64,000 nucleotides of DNA from a virus. Taxonomy: Duplodnaviria > Caudoviricetes. Positions 57,401-64,000 of the stretch are shown here, one piece after another. The notes beneath the pieces were generated by a model that ran no database searches, was not told where the DNA came from, and saw only the letters and a list, made by a program, of their open reading frames with translations. How positions within the stretch are numbered: position 1 is the stretch's first letter; every line of letters begins with the position of its first letter. The stretch lies in IMG/VR virus record IMGVR_UViG_3300031992_000080, positions 12,110 through 76,109 of that record, one strand, 5' to 3'. The position numbers and the translations under genes were made by a program.

Positions 57401-60400
57401 CAACGTGAATGGCATGAAGCTGCGCCAGCGCTACGCCTGGCATCTCGGCTTCGGCCTGCCGACGGCCCCGCACCTGATGTCAAGCAAGGACTATGGGCGC
57501 GGCTACCCGACGGGCGCAGAGAACGGCAAGGGGCATCCGAAGGGAAGCCGGCGCGTCTGGGTGCGCGTCGCGTTCGACGCGAGCAACGACTGGAACGCCG
57601 CGATGGACCGCGTGAGCGGGCGCGAGGGCGGCGACCCATACGGGCTGATCCCATTCGGCGGCTACTATGGCTTCATCGAGGGGAACAAGAGCAACTGGAT
57701 CCTGTCCAGCGCCGTGAAGTTCGACAAGGTCCTCTCGGAGGACGAGCGCCAGGAGATTCTCCGCGGCGCGGGCTTCGACGAGCGGGCCGCGTGGGAGCAG
57801 CGGCATGGTGGCAAGAAGCTCGGCGCAAAGAATCAGGCGTCCAAGCCGGCCGACAAGATCGCCGCCCTGCGGGAGCTGCGCGACCGGATCGCAAGGTCGG
57901 TCGTGGACAACCCGGAGCAGGCCGCGCCGGGTGCGCGCGCCCGCAACGATGCGGAGGCCATTGCCGCGTTCAACGCACTCCCGCCATACCCGGAAATCGA
58001 GGAGCACAGAGCCAATAGGCGCGCCGCCGAGACCAAGGAGGACCTGAATGCGGAATTCGACCGGTGGTACGCCGCTCTTGAAGTCAGGAATGCCGCGCTC
58101 GAGAAGTGGGTCGCCGCGGCTCCAGACTTCCTCGTATTTTCGGAGAAGGGCGTTGCGAAGCCGGATCCGAACGGCGGCGTCTACGGATCGCTCCTTGCAT
58201 GGATCGTCTCCCCGGACAAGTGGTACGAGGGGAACCAGCATAGCCGGCCGTGGCGCGTCACGTCGGTCTTCCGAACCGGGCGCGTGTCGAAGGACGGATA
58301 CGAGGAGCTCGTTCCGTCCGGTCATAGCTTCTACGACACGAAGAAGGACGCAGTTTTTTCGATCGGGCAAGTGATAAGCGGAACGGCGGAGTATGCTCCC
58401 GGAATCCGCGCGCGGAACGGGCAGGCCTACTACGGGGAGCTGTTCCCGGAAATGGGCGTGGACGCGGCGAACCGTCCGTTCGCGTTCACGCAGGCCGAAA
58501 TCCTCGCACGCATGCGCGGGTTGATTCCTGGCTACGACTACAAGCCTGAGCACATCGAGGAGATCGAATACATCCGCAAGGGCATGGAGATCCTGGAGCG
58601 CGACCCGGACGCGGTGGACAACATCCGCCGCAAGACGGTCGGCGTAAACCGCCCCGCCCCGCTTTCGCCCGACGAGCAATACGTCCTCTACACGATGCAG
58701 TATTGCGCGGAGAAGGACTTGGAGACCGCCATCGGGATCCGCAGGAAGATCGAGCGCTCCGGAGCGGCGGTCCCAGGGCAGCTCGCGGCGGCGAAGGCGT
58801 TGGAGGAAGCCGCGGAGGCGGAGGCGCTCTCGCTCGCGCTCACGTCGCAGCGGGTCGGCTCGGCGCTCGGCCGCGCGCTCGCGTTCCGCCAGGTCGCCTA
58901 CCGCTGGAACGGAATGCTCTCCTACGAAGGGCTCGTCCGTTCGTTCAACCGCTCGCTCCGGCGCACGGCCGAACGCTACGGCGGCATCGGAATCGCGGTC
59001 GATCCGAACGCGCTCAAGCTCACGGACGAGGACCGCGAGCAGATCCGCAGGATTTTCGAGGCGGTCGTGGCCGCGCAGCGCCAATACGAGCAGGCGAAGA
59101 ACGCGGCGACCGCCGCGGACGCCCTCCGGCAGCTCATGGCGATCATGCGCTCCATGGACCGCTACATCCGCAACGCGAACCGCAAGCCGCTCGGGAAGCC
59201 GACCAAGCCAAAGAAGCTTCTTCCGGAAGCGGACCTCATGGCGCAGCTTTCGCGCCTCGCGGACGAAGAGTTCGGCCTTGAAGCCGCGTCCGGAAACCTC
59301 GATCCGCGCGACCGCACGGCTTGGGCGCGCGCGGCGAACATCGTGAAACTCGTCGGCAACTGGATTCTCTCCAACGACATCGCGCAGAACCGGCCGCTCC
59401 GCTCCGCGGAAAGCTTCCGGCAGGAGCTCTTCGACCGCTGCGACGCGATTCTCGGGCGCTACATCCAGCTTTCGGCCCGAGAATACGGGGAGATATTCTC
59501 CGACTACGGCATGGTTCGCGAGGCGAGCAAGAACGAGCTGTTCGTCAGGCGCACGAAGGTGAACCAGGCCCTGCGCCTGCTCTCGCAGATCGCGGCCGTC
59601 GAGCGCGGGGACGCCCCGCGGCGCACCGGGCAGCAGCGCGTCGAGGGGACGGACGAGCAGACGGACCTGGAGCGCCGGCTGCACGTCCTGCTCAAGGAAC
59701 TGGACCCGGAGGCCGAGCGCGCCCTGCGTCGGGGAGGCGAGCCGTCGGACCGGTTCGTGAAGACGCCCCTGCAAATCTGGCGAGACGCTGCCGAGAAGGA
59801 AATCCGCATGCTCGAAACCGCAATCGCGACGGGCGTGGAACTGGAACGCAACCAGATTCCGCTTCAACTCGGCGAAGAGGAAATGTCCCTCAAGGAGCTG
59901 CTCGAACTCAAGCGCCAGCGGTATAGGGAAATGTTCGTCCTTCCGAAGACGGAGGAGGAGCAGGTCCAGGCGTATCTGCGGCAGCTCGTGAACCGCGAAA
60001 ACGCGCTACTGGCGGAGCTGGACGCGGCGAGGCGCGGCGAGTTCAAGCACCGCGAGGACAAGAACGCGCGCGCCAAGCAGGACTCGCGCGTCCAGGCACT
60101 GCAACGCGAAATCGCAGCGATCCGAGAGGAAATCCAGGCGGAACGCGACCTGCAGGGAGACGCGCTCTCCACGCGCAACAAGCGGATCAAGGCGGTCCTC
60201 AACGGCATCCAGCGCAGCATGGCGAACGCCAACGCGTGGATCGAGAACCCGGAGCTCTACTTCGAGCAGCAGGAGCGCCGGCGCAAGTCGCAGGAGGACA
60301 TCGAGAACGACCCGGCCGTCAAGGAGGCGCGCCGGGCGCAGCGCGAGATTCTGGAAAAGTGGGAAGCGGTGCGCGAAGAGCGCGCCTACAAGAAACTCAA

Positions 60401-62078
60401 CGCGCTCGGAAAGGGCGTCGCGGCCGTCGGCGGACTCCGCGACGCGATCAAGGTGTTCCTCGCCTCGGGCGACATCTCGGGCGTCGGCGTCCAATGCGCG
60501 CTTGCGGTGCTGGACCTCGGGCCGGCCGAAGCTCTCAAGGCAATCCGCGTCGGCATCGGCGCGCTCGCCGGCGGCAAGAACGCCGTCTTCGGAAAACTCT
60601 CCGAAGGAAAGACGGCCGAAGAGTTCGCGCGGGAAAAGTTCGACGAGCTCGTCAAGAACAACACGTTCCTGCGGGAAGCGGTCGACGAATACGGGGTCCA
60701 CATCTCGACCGTCGAGGCGAACGGGCGCTACGACAACTCGGAAGAAGGCTTCGCGCGCGGCTACGCGACGCGGCGCGCCGAAGAATGGATGCAGCGCAAC
60801 CTCGGCGCCGTCGGGCGCGCGGCCAAGGGCTACGTGGACCGCTCCGACCGCGCGTTCGCGCTCCCGGCCGACATCCTCCGCCTCGCGCTCTGCAAGAAGC
60901 TCGCGGATGCGTCCGCGGAACTCAAGGGCGGCGCTCTCACGGCGGCCGAAAAGAAATACATCGGCCGCATCGTGAATGCCGCCACGGGGCGCGGCGACTT
61001 CTTCGGACACGCCGGATTCTCCGCGGCCCTCTCGCGCTTCTTCTGGGCGCCGGCGCGCTTCTCCGGCCAGCTCCAGATGCTCGCGCTCCCGTTCACCATG
61101 CTCGTGCACAAGGACGTGAGCGGGCGCGTGAAAGCCGCGATTGCCCGCAAGTTCCTGGTCCGAACCATGGCCAACTACGGAATCGCCGTGATGATCGCCT
61201 ACCTTCTCAAGCAGGCGTTCGGGGACGACGACGACGACGGACCGCTGATGGAGACGGATCCGCGCAGCGCCAAGTTCGGGCGCATCAACCTCGGCGGGCG
61301 CATGTTCTCGCTCACGGGCGGACTGGAAAGCTACATCACACTTGGCGCGCGCGTTCTCTCTGGAGAGACTAAGACCAAGAACGGCGACATCATGAAAGTC
61401 GGACAGGGCGGAGATTCCCGCTTCGGCCTCGTCTGGCGGATGTTCGAGAACAAGATGACGCCGGACGTGAACATTCTCCGCCAGATGATCAACAAGAAGA
61501 AGACGACTGGCGAACGGATCGAAGGCTTCTTCGGCAAGAACGGATACCTTTCCGTCATTGCCGGAAACTCGATCTTCCCGCTGACCGTCTCCGACATGGT
61601 GGACGTGCTCAAAGACGACAAGCCCGGACTCGCGGAAAAGGCGTTCCTCGCCGGAATCACGGTTCTTGGCTACAACTCGACGGACTTCGGCTACAACGAC
61701 TACGACGCGCACGCGCATCGGTTCGACCGGGCGCACCGCGCGCTCCGCGACGCCAAGACGCCGGCCGAACGGAGGCGCGTCATGGAAAGCGAACTTGGCC
61801 CCTACGCCGCGCAGGACGCGCGCGGGGAAGCGCTCCGGCACGAGCGCCGGCAGATCGACGTTGCGCTGCGGACCGAACGCGACCCGAACCGGCGCGCGGC
61901 GCTGCTGGCCCGCCGCGACCGCAACGAAATCCGCTTCCTCGCGCTCTGGCGCGAAGGCCTGCGCGAAGAAGCGGAATCGTGGACGCCCGACATGGACGAG
62001 GCGCTCAAGCGGGCAGGGGCCGAAATTCGCCGGATGCCGGAAGAAGAGCGGGAGTCGCGACCGCTGAACTACTGGTAG
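45450..62078 (+). CDS. Giant polyvalent / internal virion protein (5542 aa): HExxH peptidase-like, ParB-like, ADP-ribosyltransferase-like, 3x LPD23-like plus HExQH modules
   Basis: HETMH (48558); VIAGNTR ParB-like (about 49.9 kb); VRTQSFKDWFGDWE...VVYHGT...FF...YPFFLNIRNP...IKS (51.4-52.45 kb); three EA.R.E..G...I...T.W repeats each followed by HE(I/L)QH and GE(I/V)E(A/S). Confidence 0.85.
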   Translation: MSTDNLGLPTSLDEEEKNRSALEEAERAASAARAPLPSADEPESDLSAQVDPVADASDVPRDEPVPAPEPSPAFADEQPVPPPDERPEESADSSPATSEPEKIQPEWDSENGWEEGWEDREDRRPGEDDWTTLRRHNLADIGNELAVIANAARSNETVDRTFRSIDGFGGAGADEMLDILANGTDRFLDRDDTVAQDLYKTLERATDGIYSQLGGKIEDFWIGNRRVVHDDYAFGVVRDQQDVDDRRRFMDEQDARARQMAKEVAFLKQNHDRSLFGRMLWHVRNDEDWNDERFGVFDGTNKLTLNEIEEVAGMSGFKEAKNHVAQERFDALAKAVHERYLKERGERSVLEAASDNFRGGLVELGTMEESLRNLLVNGGSGEAFMRRARELKDVEELNAAETPTGRDFTEIGGPLEALGWMFQQFSRLAPQMIAQFGIALGTGGAGNLAAGAAGRMGASAATKAAIRSGFSRVGGYATTVALDVADVTGQLAGEAAERGQEGIDLGELALVSVPFVGADLYGSIGRGVRRAAGKAAGDIARDMAKSAQVYTARGFWHDVLRGSTRVLKDAGLEGATEAAQDWFVRLGNLGKNGTLALAGQGEESFDVFDAMLGSAETFFAAAASGGAGAIGSYANFGKNSSFTGEYWQQKRQFERSAPRVDRYMGWEAGTTARIVRAGKAGSDVESARNGYGSVLAEILRDQAAGNATRLDALDATLLGQAIVAGQAIKDLESVSRNAERSLAAVRAGARIEKKDKDGNPTGEFYTAEELLRFKERTDHALENARGVKSQKRDNMGDNAKGILDALDATIGGPTLAEGVRMQRERVAAGAQADPIRTEGFDVPVVPPSVDERTGVVTTVYMEREQEGSSHRMQIVETLDPDSGDIVYRVKNLRSDARPADAASEFLARDFGGDDKAALAAALDFARDYADWSAVGAAANEAFDRAAASYVEANYPGRLAICADNETELFAKLADAGIDLASGDYRTDTDERLRSLFHGSQESALTVPPLADRDGPVFSVIVRARNATPATLAATLDHETMHVDFARRIQEAVSRRENPKTGRMELANKPLLDELFAGWKKPDGTPIDPAELSPAFLQRRVRVALLGLDRDGRGNPLSQEAVLEAMADDEAQEREEELYAYATESVNAGASEGTGLVAGLVHPFRARKMRILRQTHPELVKFAGAYVAGRLGAFTGGMGGGVVTDMWEDTAATDDEIADYLFRLRQPPASDYAPNPHADDPEGARRALGVEPSAPEEGRTSGAGESGSPGAPAPAERNYASREEIVADLAAARENMAGLRRANAESSQIDEAASRVRRLQGILREWDESHREAPRDARPAPRGAPAEAPQPQRPAPAETSPQENRTGSKAPEEPAPSATPEPAPAEPRPIPKGDGRARVPAAGKGKVSMKSPDRSESFDGTVAYMDLGDIVNDQVPGFDMAFQNRGQNDAAREVKAKQIGMNPDADTLTDAGTMIDEGTIVVAKVDGKFMVIAGNTRAWGLQLAAQLGKLGPVTERVRADAAMDGVDLSGMANPVKVRVLSASYTHEQLEHIAEVSNRQSKNRVADENLALDDAKKILSGKKIKGASGSLLDMFAPGPDGQLDNASNRDFMMAFIAETGDNALLGKDKDGRPIPNAQAYARAQRALVAAVLFGENADRAETARMLGALMGEGAGMKKLAAGIAAAAPSLVAAFRGNKAFDLSPELRAALNEIAQARADGVTVDDRFAQATMDLGDESAAKTGPNAPALVKDIARALWSRGVGTGRGVSGKAVRELLLDYAERVYRPAKGTQPAWKLPAEDGEGLFGDALRNTKQSVWNAALAAAMRDDQGLGLRSRNGEAGIRARNDDGSLKIASHERKQVLADAERKFGKKPLVQVPPRDRIQTVFVQSRKALGAAGVQPSAAMSDATAEIVYRYDGDGKAFVLARLPAEYPGLDRQRYMFGSKEADEAAKRRERRELGRIARRNNGNGRFDGIFQPLLLGPGPRARNGEFSPQTPAFKAQLDDVIARYKGTPQWLKAPNGKDSILAATPDYGPLLWATVRTQSFKDWFGDWENDPANASKVVDANGEPRVVYHGTGSEEEFESFDRNRVGSRFENVDVDYNFFFTASELAAEGYGEVYPFFLNIRNPEIRNVRFEEGEEEVGDLDLHEDIINAHDFGSGQIERSGAKPENADGLIMGAFRTPPQAEREITERHAREIRPELERLQKVDEDDMALRDEKDALWQSGLDATVKALRDDDNEATRDLIRDLPDDAVREIARIKYREEFNGLPRVKEINEILKRHGREDRETRLRLADKLNAELAAAGRETLDSANIYAVDDPNNIKSIFNSGAFSASDSRVRARGGEIGGARLGITADEAKRMEAAGATREEIWRATGWWRGKDGKWGFELDPIPLEEFDKIYGILKKELREHPLRYNNIHEPKLAGRKYAGVFMEQAAEKSPWLHRLLLAYPRLRNVGLAAWPSKRVLGKYYGVTRFHPLRPLGNGQFDPVDIHIGLQFRKKESIWLTFMHEIQHTIQAYEGFPNGNASEKAVVAEDPSGGEDGEIEAQLVSLRATMTEDERRSEPPWETERRMLERERENDALASILTKAKVPEREFVRKTGGLYSLAQERILDNPPMTREEVIDYVNQIAKSIGAEPLRVRQGDSNMRESSVRARNSVSVAAAGRLGITNEEAERLEREGYFPDEIFRRTRWYRGVKDDEWRYELEPVQLRPWLTAWGDAPVRRAGGKRRAIADIIGEDSPFLRAYPAARNITVEIKENKDGGEGELVGDRITVWGRKGQTLAEFAQDKGDNGLLNSLVHELQHWVQNQEGWPEGSSPGNFRSDRKSRRLRQAENERSQAFWNARRLAAQHGYDTSPDAVEDRARRGGDEAAVSDMEALLPEQGETAAEEEPWVADLRERVGRYRQAVANVKRIADEDGYQTAWDKYNRVAGEVESRNAGSRAAMSSGEAAENPPWTTMDVSPLRQTIVRNGEVVAANARPAGRQKQAGVAYPDARAEIEALDLRPGLGTSAEVRARNRDEIMGVLSSKRPDLDAGAVADEILKFATPKERKLALHWVVRGAIRLPEDAYKVEDAVSVAEKAKVDPFRYASPLALLEAHKQFKPSARPIDPATVPELTDQRDEGDGIVSYLVQDDRQGQAAMRKIIDTHWGEDANPWCLLAKKKKWTYVELTNDYDAYQEMERWWAQLPHDERVRIAGDRADEESVMDADPASEYYVDNVVDNPVSLDDAWDYWQHYSALPKRVAFKDGKLLAFMATEDKGDDAVNLEDRLEELRSELRGERGMVETGNFARESEYWEAKENDDQATIDEIVNEWDEWVDSDAVSASYDDERGVATIRNYEGDSFFDEDENGNPREYRRRADGSYVFGGEAEEEWWDRQDVSHPNLDWARGDASGVRARNADETMAARLGLGNADEARRMEREGASRLDIWRRTGWWKRPEDGMWRIELPPLKFKTGAFERLYASIHANQQKLKGSKYTQKNLPTYEDWRRALESGGNDDQYTAPAAKIVSALFETVAVWSAVEIHKAETGGTQASGPHRSWFYDDTRRDKYGAMPREDYETVVAAIKEWKAQHPEQARILQEAERPRVSSYDWGNIVERARKLIYNMKHGAAAPRELQGKLRMRWADIAADENRVERPNTLRELLSDDDPVLKALPELGDFPIVFQSDTGRYGGWAGTDNITLNTIWTNDRMGATDAVFDTRKTLAHEIQHKVQAAVGFMRGVNPDAVKRAREDRSYRYDPWTNEQLRGDENLTPEQVYMGWGGEVEARAVEARMHLTDEQRKEIPPWVTEEVVREDKFGKRTDYSYAAQKRAMEEMQWVEESSVNDPNGPQYRPLSGEQAQTERRPLGNPEQLTFDFIPPTESVVESVSDAMNLGGVRARNGEFATAPEDIGRRVMGYNVGTRAPDLTPVDVTNSRTGKPERAIAFPGDRPEGYVPSRIGYAYKLMEQWPDGSLHALFANVADTVPQNEWMFAAGFPLTDRNVNGMKLRQRYAWHLGFGLPTAPHLMSSKDYGRGYPTGAENGKGHPKGSRRVWVRVAFDASNDWNAAMDRVSGREGGDPYGLIPFGGYYGFIEGNKSNWILSSAVKFDKVLSEDERQEILRGAGFDERAAWEQRHGGKKLGAKNQASKPADKIAALRELRDRIARSVVDNPEQAAPGARARNDAEAIAAFNALPPYPEIEEHRANRRAAETKEDLNAEFDRWYAALEVRNAALEKWVAAAPDFLVFSEKGVAKPDPNGGVYGSLLAWIVSPDKWYEGNQHSRPWRVTSVFRTGRVSKDGYEELVPSGHSFYDTKKDAVFSIGQVISGTAEYAPGIRARNGQAYYGELFPEMGVDAANRPFAFTQAEILARMRGLIPGYDYKPEHIEEIEYIRKGMEILERDPDAVDNIRRKTVGVNRPAPLSPDEQYVLYTMQYCAEKDLETAIGIRRKIERSGAAVPGQLAAAKALEEAAEAEALSLALTSQRVGSALGRALAFRQVAYRWNGMLSYEGLVRSFNRSLRRTAERYGGIGIAVDPNALKLTDEDREQIRRIFEAVVAAQRQYEQAKNAATAADALRQLMAIMRSMDRYIRNANRKPLGKPTKPKKLLPEADLMAQLSRLADEEFGLEAASGNLDPRDRTAWARAANIVKLVGNWILSNDIAQNRPLRSAESFRQELFDRCDAILGRYIQLSAREYGEIFSDYGMVREASKNELFVRRTKVNQALRLLSQIAAVERGDAPRRTGQQRVEGTDEQTDLERRLHVLLKELDPEAERALRRGGEPSDRFVKTPLQIWRDAAEKEIRMLETAIATGVELERNQIPLQLGEEEMSLKELLELKRQRYREMFVLPKTEEEQVQAYLRQLVNRENALLAELDAARRGEFKHREDKNARAKQDSRVQALQREIAAIREEIQAERDLQGDALSTRNKRIKAVLNGIQRSMANANAWIENPELYFEQQERRRKSQEDIENDPAVKEARRAQREILEKWEAVREERAYKKLNALGKGVAAVGGLRDAIKVFLASGDISGVGVQCALAVLDLGPAEALKAIRVGIGALAGGKNAVFGKLSEGKTAEEFAREKFDELVKNNTFLREAVDEYGVHISTVEANGRYDNSEEGFARGYATRRAEEWMQRNLGAVGRAAKGYVDRSDRAFALPADILRLALCKKLADASAELKGGALTAAEKKYIGRIVNAATGRGDFFGHAGFSAALSRFFWAPARFSGQLQMLALPFTMLVHKDVSGRVKAAIARKFLVRTMANYGIAVMIAYLLKQAFGDDDDDGPLMETDPRSAKFGRINLGGRMFSLTGGLESYITLGARVLSGETKTKNGDIMKVGQGGDSRFGLVWRMFENKMTPDVNILRQMINKKKTTGERIEGFFGKNGYLSVIAGNSIFPLTVSDMVDVLKDDKPGLAEKAFLAGITVLGYNSTDFGYNDYDAHAHRFDRAHRALRDAKTPAERRRVMESELGPYAAQDARGEALRHERRQIDVALRTERDPNRRAALLARRDRNEIRFLALWREGLREEAESWTPDMDEALKRAGAEIRRMPEEERESRPLNYW

Positions 62079-63324
62079 CGACGGGGCGAATGGCGAAGTA
62101 GGCCTCGCCCTGCAGCCGCGTCGCGAGTCCCATGTAGTGGTTCACGCGCATGGACGCGGACGTCCCGACGAGAATTTCCGTCTTTCGCGGATCGCCGTAG
62201 GCGGCGACGTGCATTGTGACGAACGTGTGCCGGCCGCAGTTCTTCGTGAGCGGGACGCGCCCTCGGACGCCGTATTTGAGATGGTCGGCGAAATCGTCCG
62301 GCTTCGCGATGGACTGGAACACGCGCTCGTCGGGCTTGACTGCGCGCGGCAGCGGATAGGCGCGCAGCCACGCCTTGGCCGCGTCCGTGAGCGGAACCAT
62401 GCGCGGGCGGACGCCGTGCTGGTATCCCTTTGGTTTTGCGACGCGCACCCACCCCTCGTCGAGATTCACGTCCTTACCCGTGAGCCGGTGGATCTCCGCC
62501 CCGCGCATCCCTGCAAAAAAGTTGAGGGCGAGCCACCAGACGATCTCCTCGTGGCATGCCCAGCGCGTCCGCTCCTCCTCGACGATGCGGAAAAGGGATG
62601 ACGCGTCCTCCGGCGTCATGAACTTGGGCTCCTCGTAGGGCTCCGGGCGCTTCTCGATCGTCGCCGTCGGATTCTCGCGGCAGTAGCGGCGGACGGGTTT
62701 CCGGCACCACTCGAAAAACGATCGCAGGTAGGTGAGGTTGCCGTTGAAGGTCTTGGGGGCGAGAGAACCGAACTCCGACTTCATCATCTCGGCGACCTCG
62801 CGCGGCGTGATGTCGCAGACGGCGCGATTCGCGTCGAGGGCGAGGACGGACCGGCCGACGCGTGCGCGAATGCTGTCCACGTGGGCGCTCTGGAGCTCGG
62901 GGAACGACGAGACGTATTCGTCGTAGGCGTCCTTGAGCGAGATTCGCATGACGCCTTGGTTGTCTCGTATGAACTGGCGCGCGACTTCGAGGACGGTGAG
63001 TCCGGCGAACCCGGCGGAGTCGAGTGCGTCTCGCGCCTCGCGGTAGTCCAGCGCCTCCCGCGGCCGCAGGACGGGAGCCGCGGAACCGTTTGAAAGAACG
63101 GCCGGATTGCCAGTGCGCATGGACTTGTAGAACTTGTCCACGTCGCGTTCGATGTCGGCGCGGTTGGCGCGCGTGAACTGGACCTTCGCGCCGGTGATTG
63201 GATTGGTTCCGCAGTAGACAAACCAGGCCGGATAGCGGCGTTCGGGAGAAACTCCTGGCTTGGCTTTCTGCGTGACGACGATCTGCTTGATCGCGTCCAG
63301 CGCCTCGCGTTCTGACTTGAGCAT
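62005..63324 (-). mobile_element. int: Tyrosine recombinase / phage integrase
   Basis: AGMRGAEI (Arg I), KNCGRHTF (x-x-R box), NHY (Tyr); adjacent att-like tRNA fragment; start taken at MLKSERE. Confidence 0.85.
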
Positions 63325-63356
63325 GGGTTTGTTTCCTTCCCTCTCGGAGGGCATTT

Positions 63357-63588
63357 GCTAGCACAAACTCGGCACGAAATCAGGAGCTTTGTTTGAAAAC
63401 ATTGATGTTTTCAAGGGAAAACTGGTGGCGAGGGAGGGACTCGAACCGAATGATTCTCGTATCGGTCGCCATGATATAAGTGCCGGGAAACTAGCGTGTT
63501 GTTTTAGTTTCGTGGGTTGGCCGCGGCGGGCAAAACGGAAGATGTTTCCATCTTGTTTCCGTGCGGTGCGTGAAAAGCTAGCACGAAC
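63357..63588. other. attP region: arm-type repeats and inverted repeat around the tRNA core
   Basis: GCTAGCACAAAC (63357-63368) and GCTAGCACGAAC (63577-63588); TTGAAAACAT/ATGTTTTCAA inverted repeat (63393-63414). Confidence 0.5.
63423..63447 (-). tRNA. tRNA 3' fragment only (att core), isotype undetermined
   Basis: Minus strand GGTTCGAGTCCCTCCCTCGCCACCA = T-loop, 3' T-stem, acceptor strand, discriminator A, CCA; upstream sequence does not complete the T-stem. Confidence 0.8.
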
Positions 63589-63607
63589 GGGCTTTCAAGT
63601 CAAGCAT

Positions 63608-63638
63608 AAAAAAACTCCCCCTCCACCCGGAGGGGGAG
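63608..63638 (-). terminator. Intrinsic terminator for leftward transcription towards att
   Basis: CTCCCCCTCC/GGAGGGGGAG 10-bp stem with 7 U on the minus strand. Confidence 0.8.
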
Positions 63639-63696
63639 CGCCGCCCGTGTCACACTTCCGGGCGGCTTGGGATCAGTCTTATCGTGATGGTTGTCT

Positions 63697-63858
63697 TCAT
63701 TTGTTGTTCCCTTTCTTTGTTTTCTTCGTTTCCTTGAGTTTGGCGGATTTCAACGCCTCTTCATAGGCTTTCTGCGTCTCTTCACAACGCATTCTTCGTT
63801 GCGCAATCCCTGCGGCGATGGCGCCACATTGCGCCGACACAATGACTGGTATATTCAT
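63697..63858 (-). CDS. Small basic hypothetical protein
   Basis: MNIPVIVSAQCGAIAAGIAQRR..., 53 aa, AGGA RBS. Confidence 0.45.
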   Translation of the reverse strand: MNIPVIVSAQCGAIAAGIAQRRMRCEETQKAYEEALKSAKLKETKKTKKGNNK

Positions 63859-63878
63859 TGCCGTCCTACTTTCTTGTG

Positions 63879-64000
63879 TCAGTCGTTTCCGAGCTTCCAG
63901 ATGTTGACGTGAATCTCCGGGAGAGGAGCGCCTGCAAGCGCGAGAGGCGCGAGCATCGACCCGAGCCTCTTGCCGAGGTCTTCAGCTTCGTTCTTGCGCG
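63879..64000 (-). CDS. Partial CDS (3' end)
   Basis: ...RKNEAEDLGKRLGSMLAPL...IWKLGND-stop. Confidence 0.4.
   Translation of the reverse strand, partial: RKNEAEDLGKRLGSMLAPLALAGAPLPEIHVNIWKLGND

Noticed and set aside
63423-63500. Full-length tRNA gene
   Set aside because: Only the 3' 25 nt match; the T-stem 5' strand, anticodon arm and D arm are absent.
1-64000. Host assignment (e.g. a PVC-group gut anaerobe)
   Set aside because: High GC, NrdD-like domain and Cys-rich motifs are only suggestive; needs a tRNA att match or spacer match.

Overview
The window holds almost the whole genome of a high-GC temperate tailed phage, most likely a podovirus (no tape-measure or tail-tube gene seen). It appears to be in the free, unintegrated form. 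The left arm (1-14.9 kb, minus strand) carries replication genes, ribbon-helix-helix regulators, a displaced TerS-like gene and an early/host-takeover cluster (PcfJ-like, PcfK/AcrIIA9-like, DUF3846-like, MoxR AAA plus partner). A 1.25 kb non-coding divergent region follows. The right arm (16.1-62.1 kb, plus strand) carries TerL, portal, scaffold, major capsid, connectors, a possible lysis cluster, tail and fibre genes, a GT25-GT8 glycosyltransferase, ejection-type proteins and a 5542-aa polyvalent protein. A tyrosine integrase and a tRNA 3'-end att core with phage-like DNA on both sides (attP) close the window. Three signals stand out. (1) The giant protein is divided into effector modules by about 10 copies of an RARN peptide encoded by varied codons, suggesting a self-processing injected polyprotein. 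(2) TCGA is absent over 11.5 kb of the early region while frequent elsewhere. (3) The phage carries a stand-alone NrdD glycyl-radical domain, and several early proteins have clamp-binding-like motifs. All family calls come from motifs recognised by eye; no HMM or database search was run.
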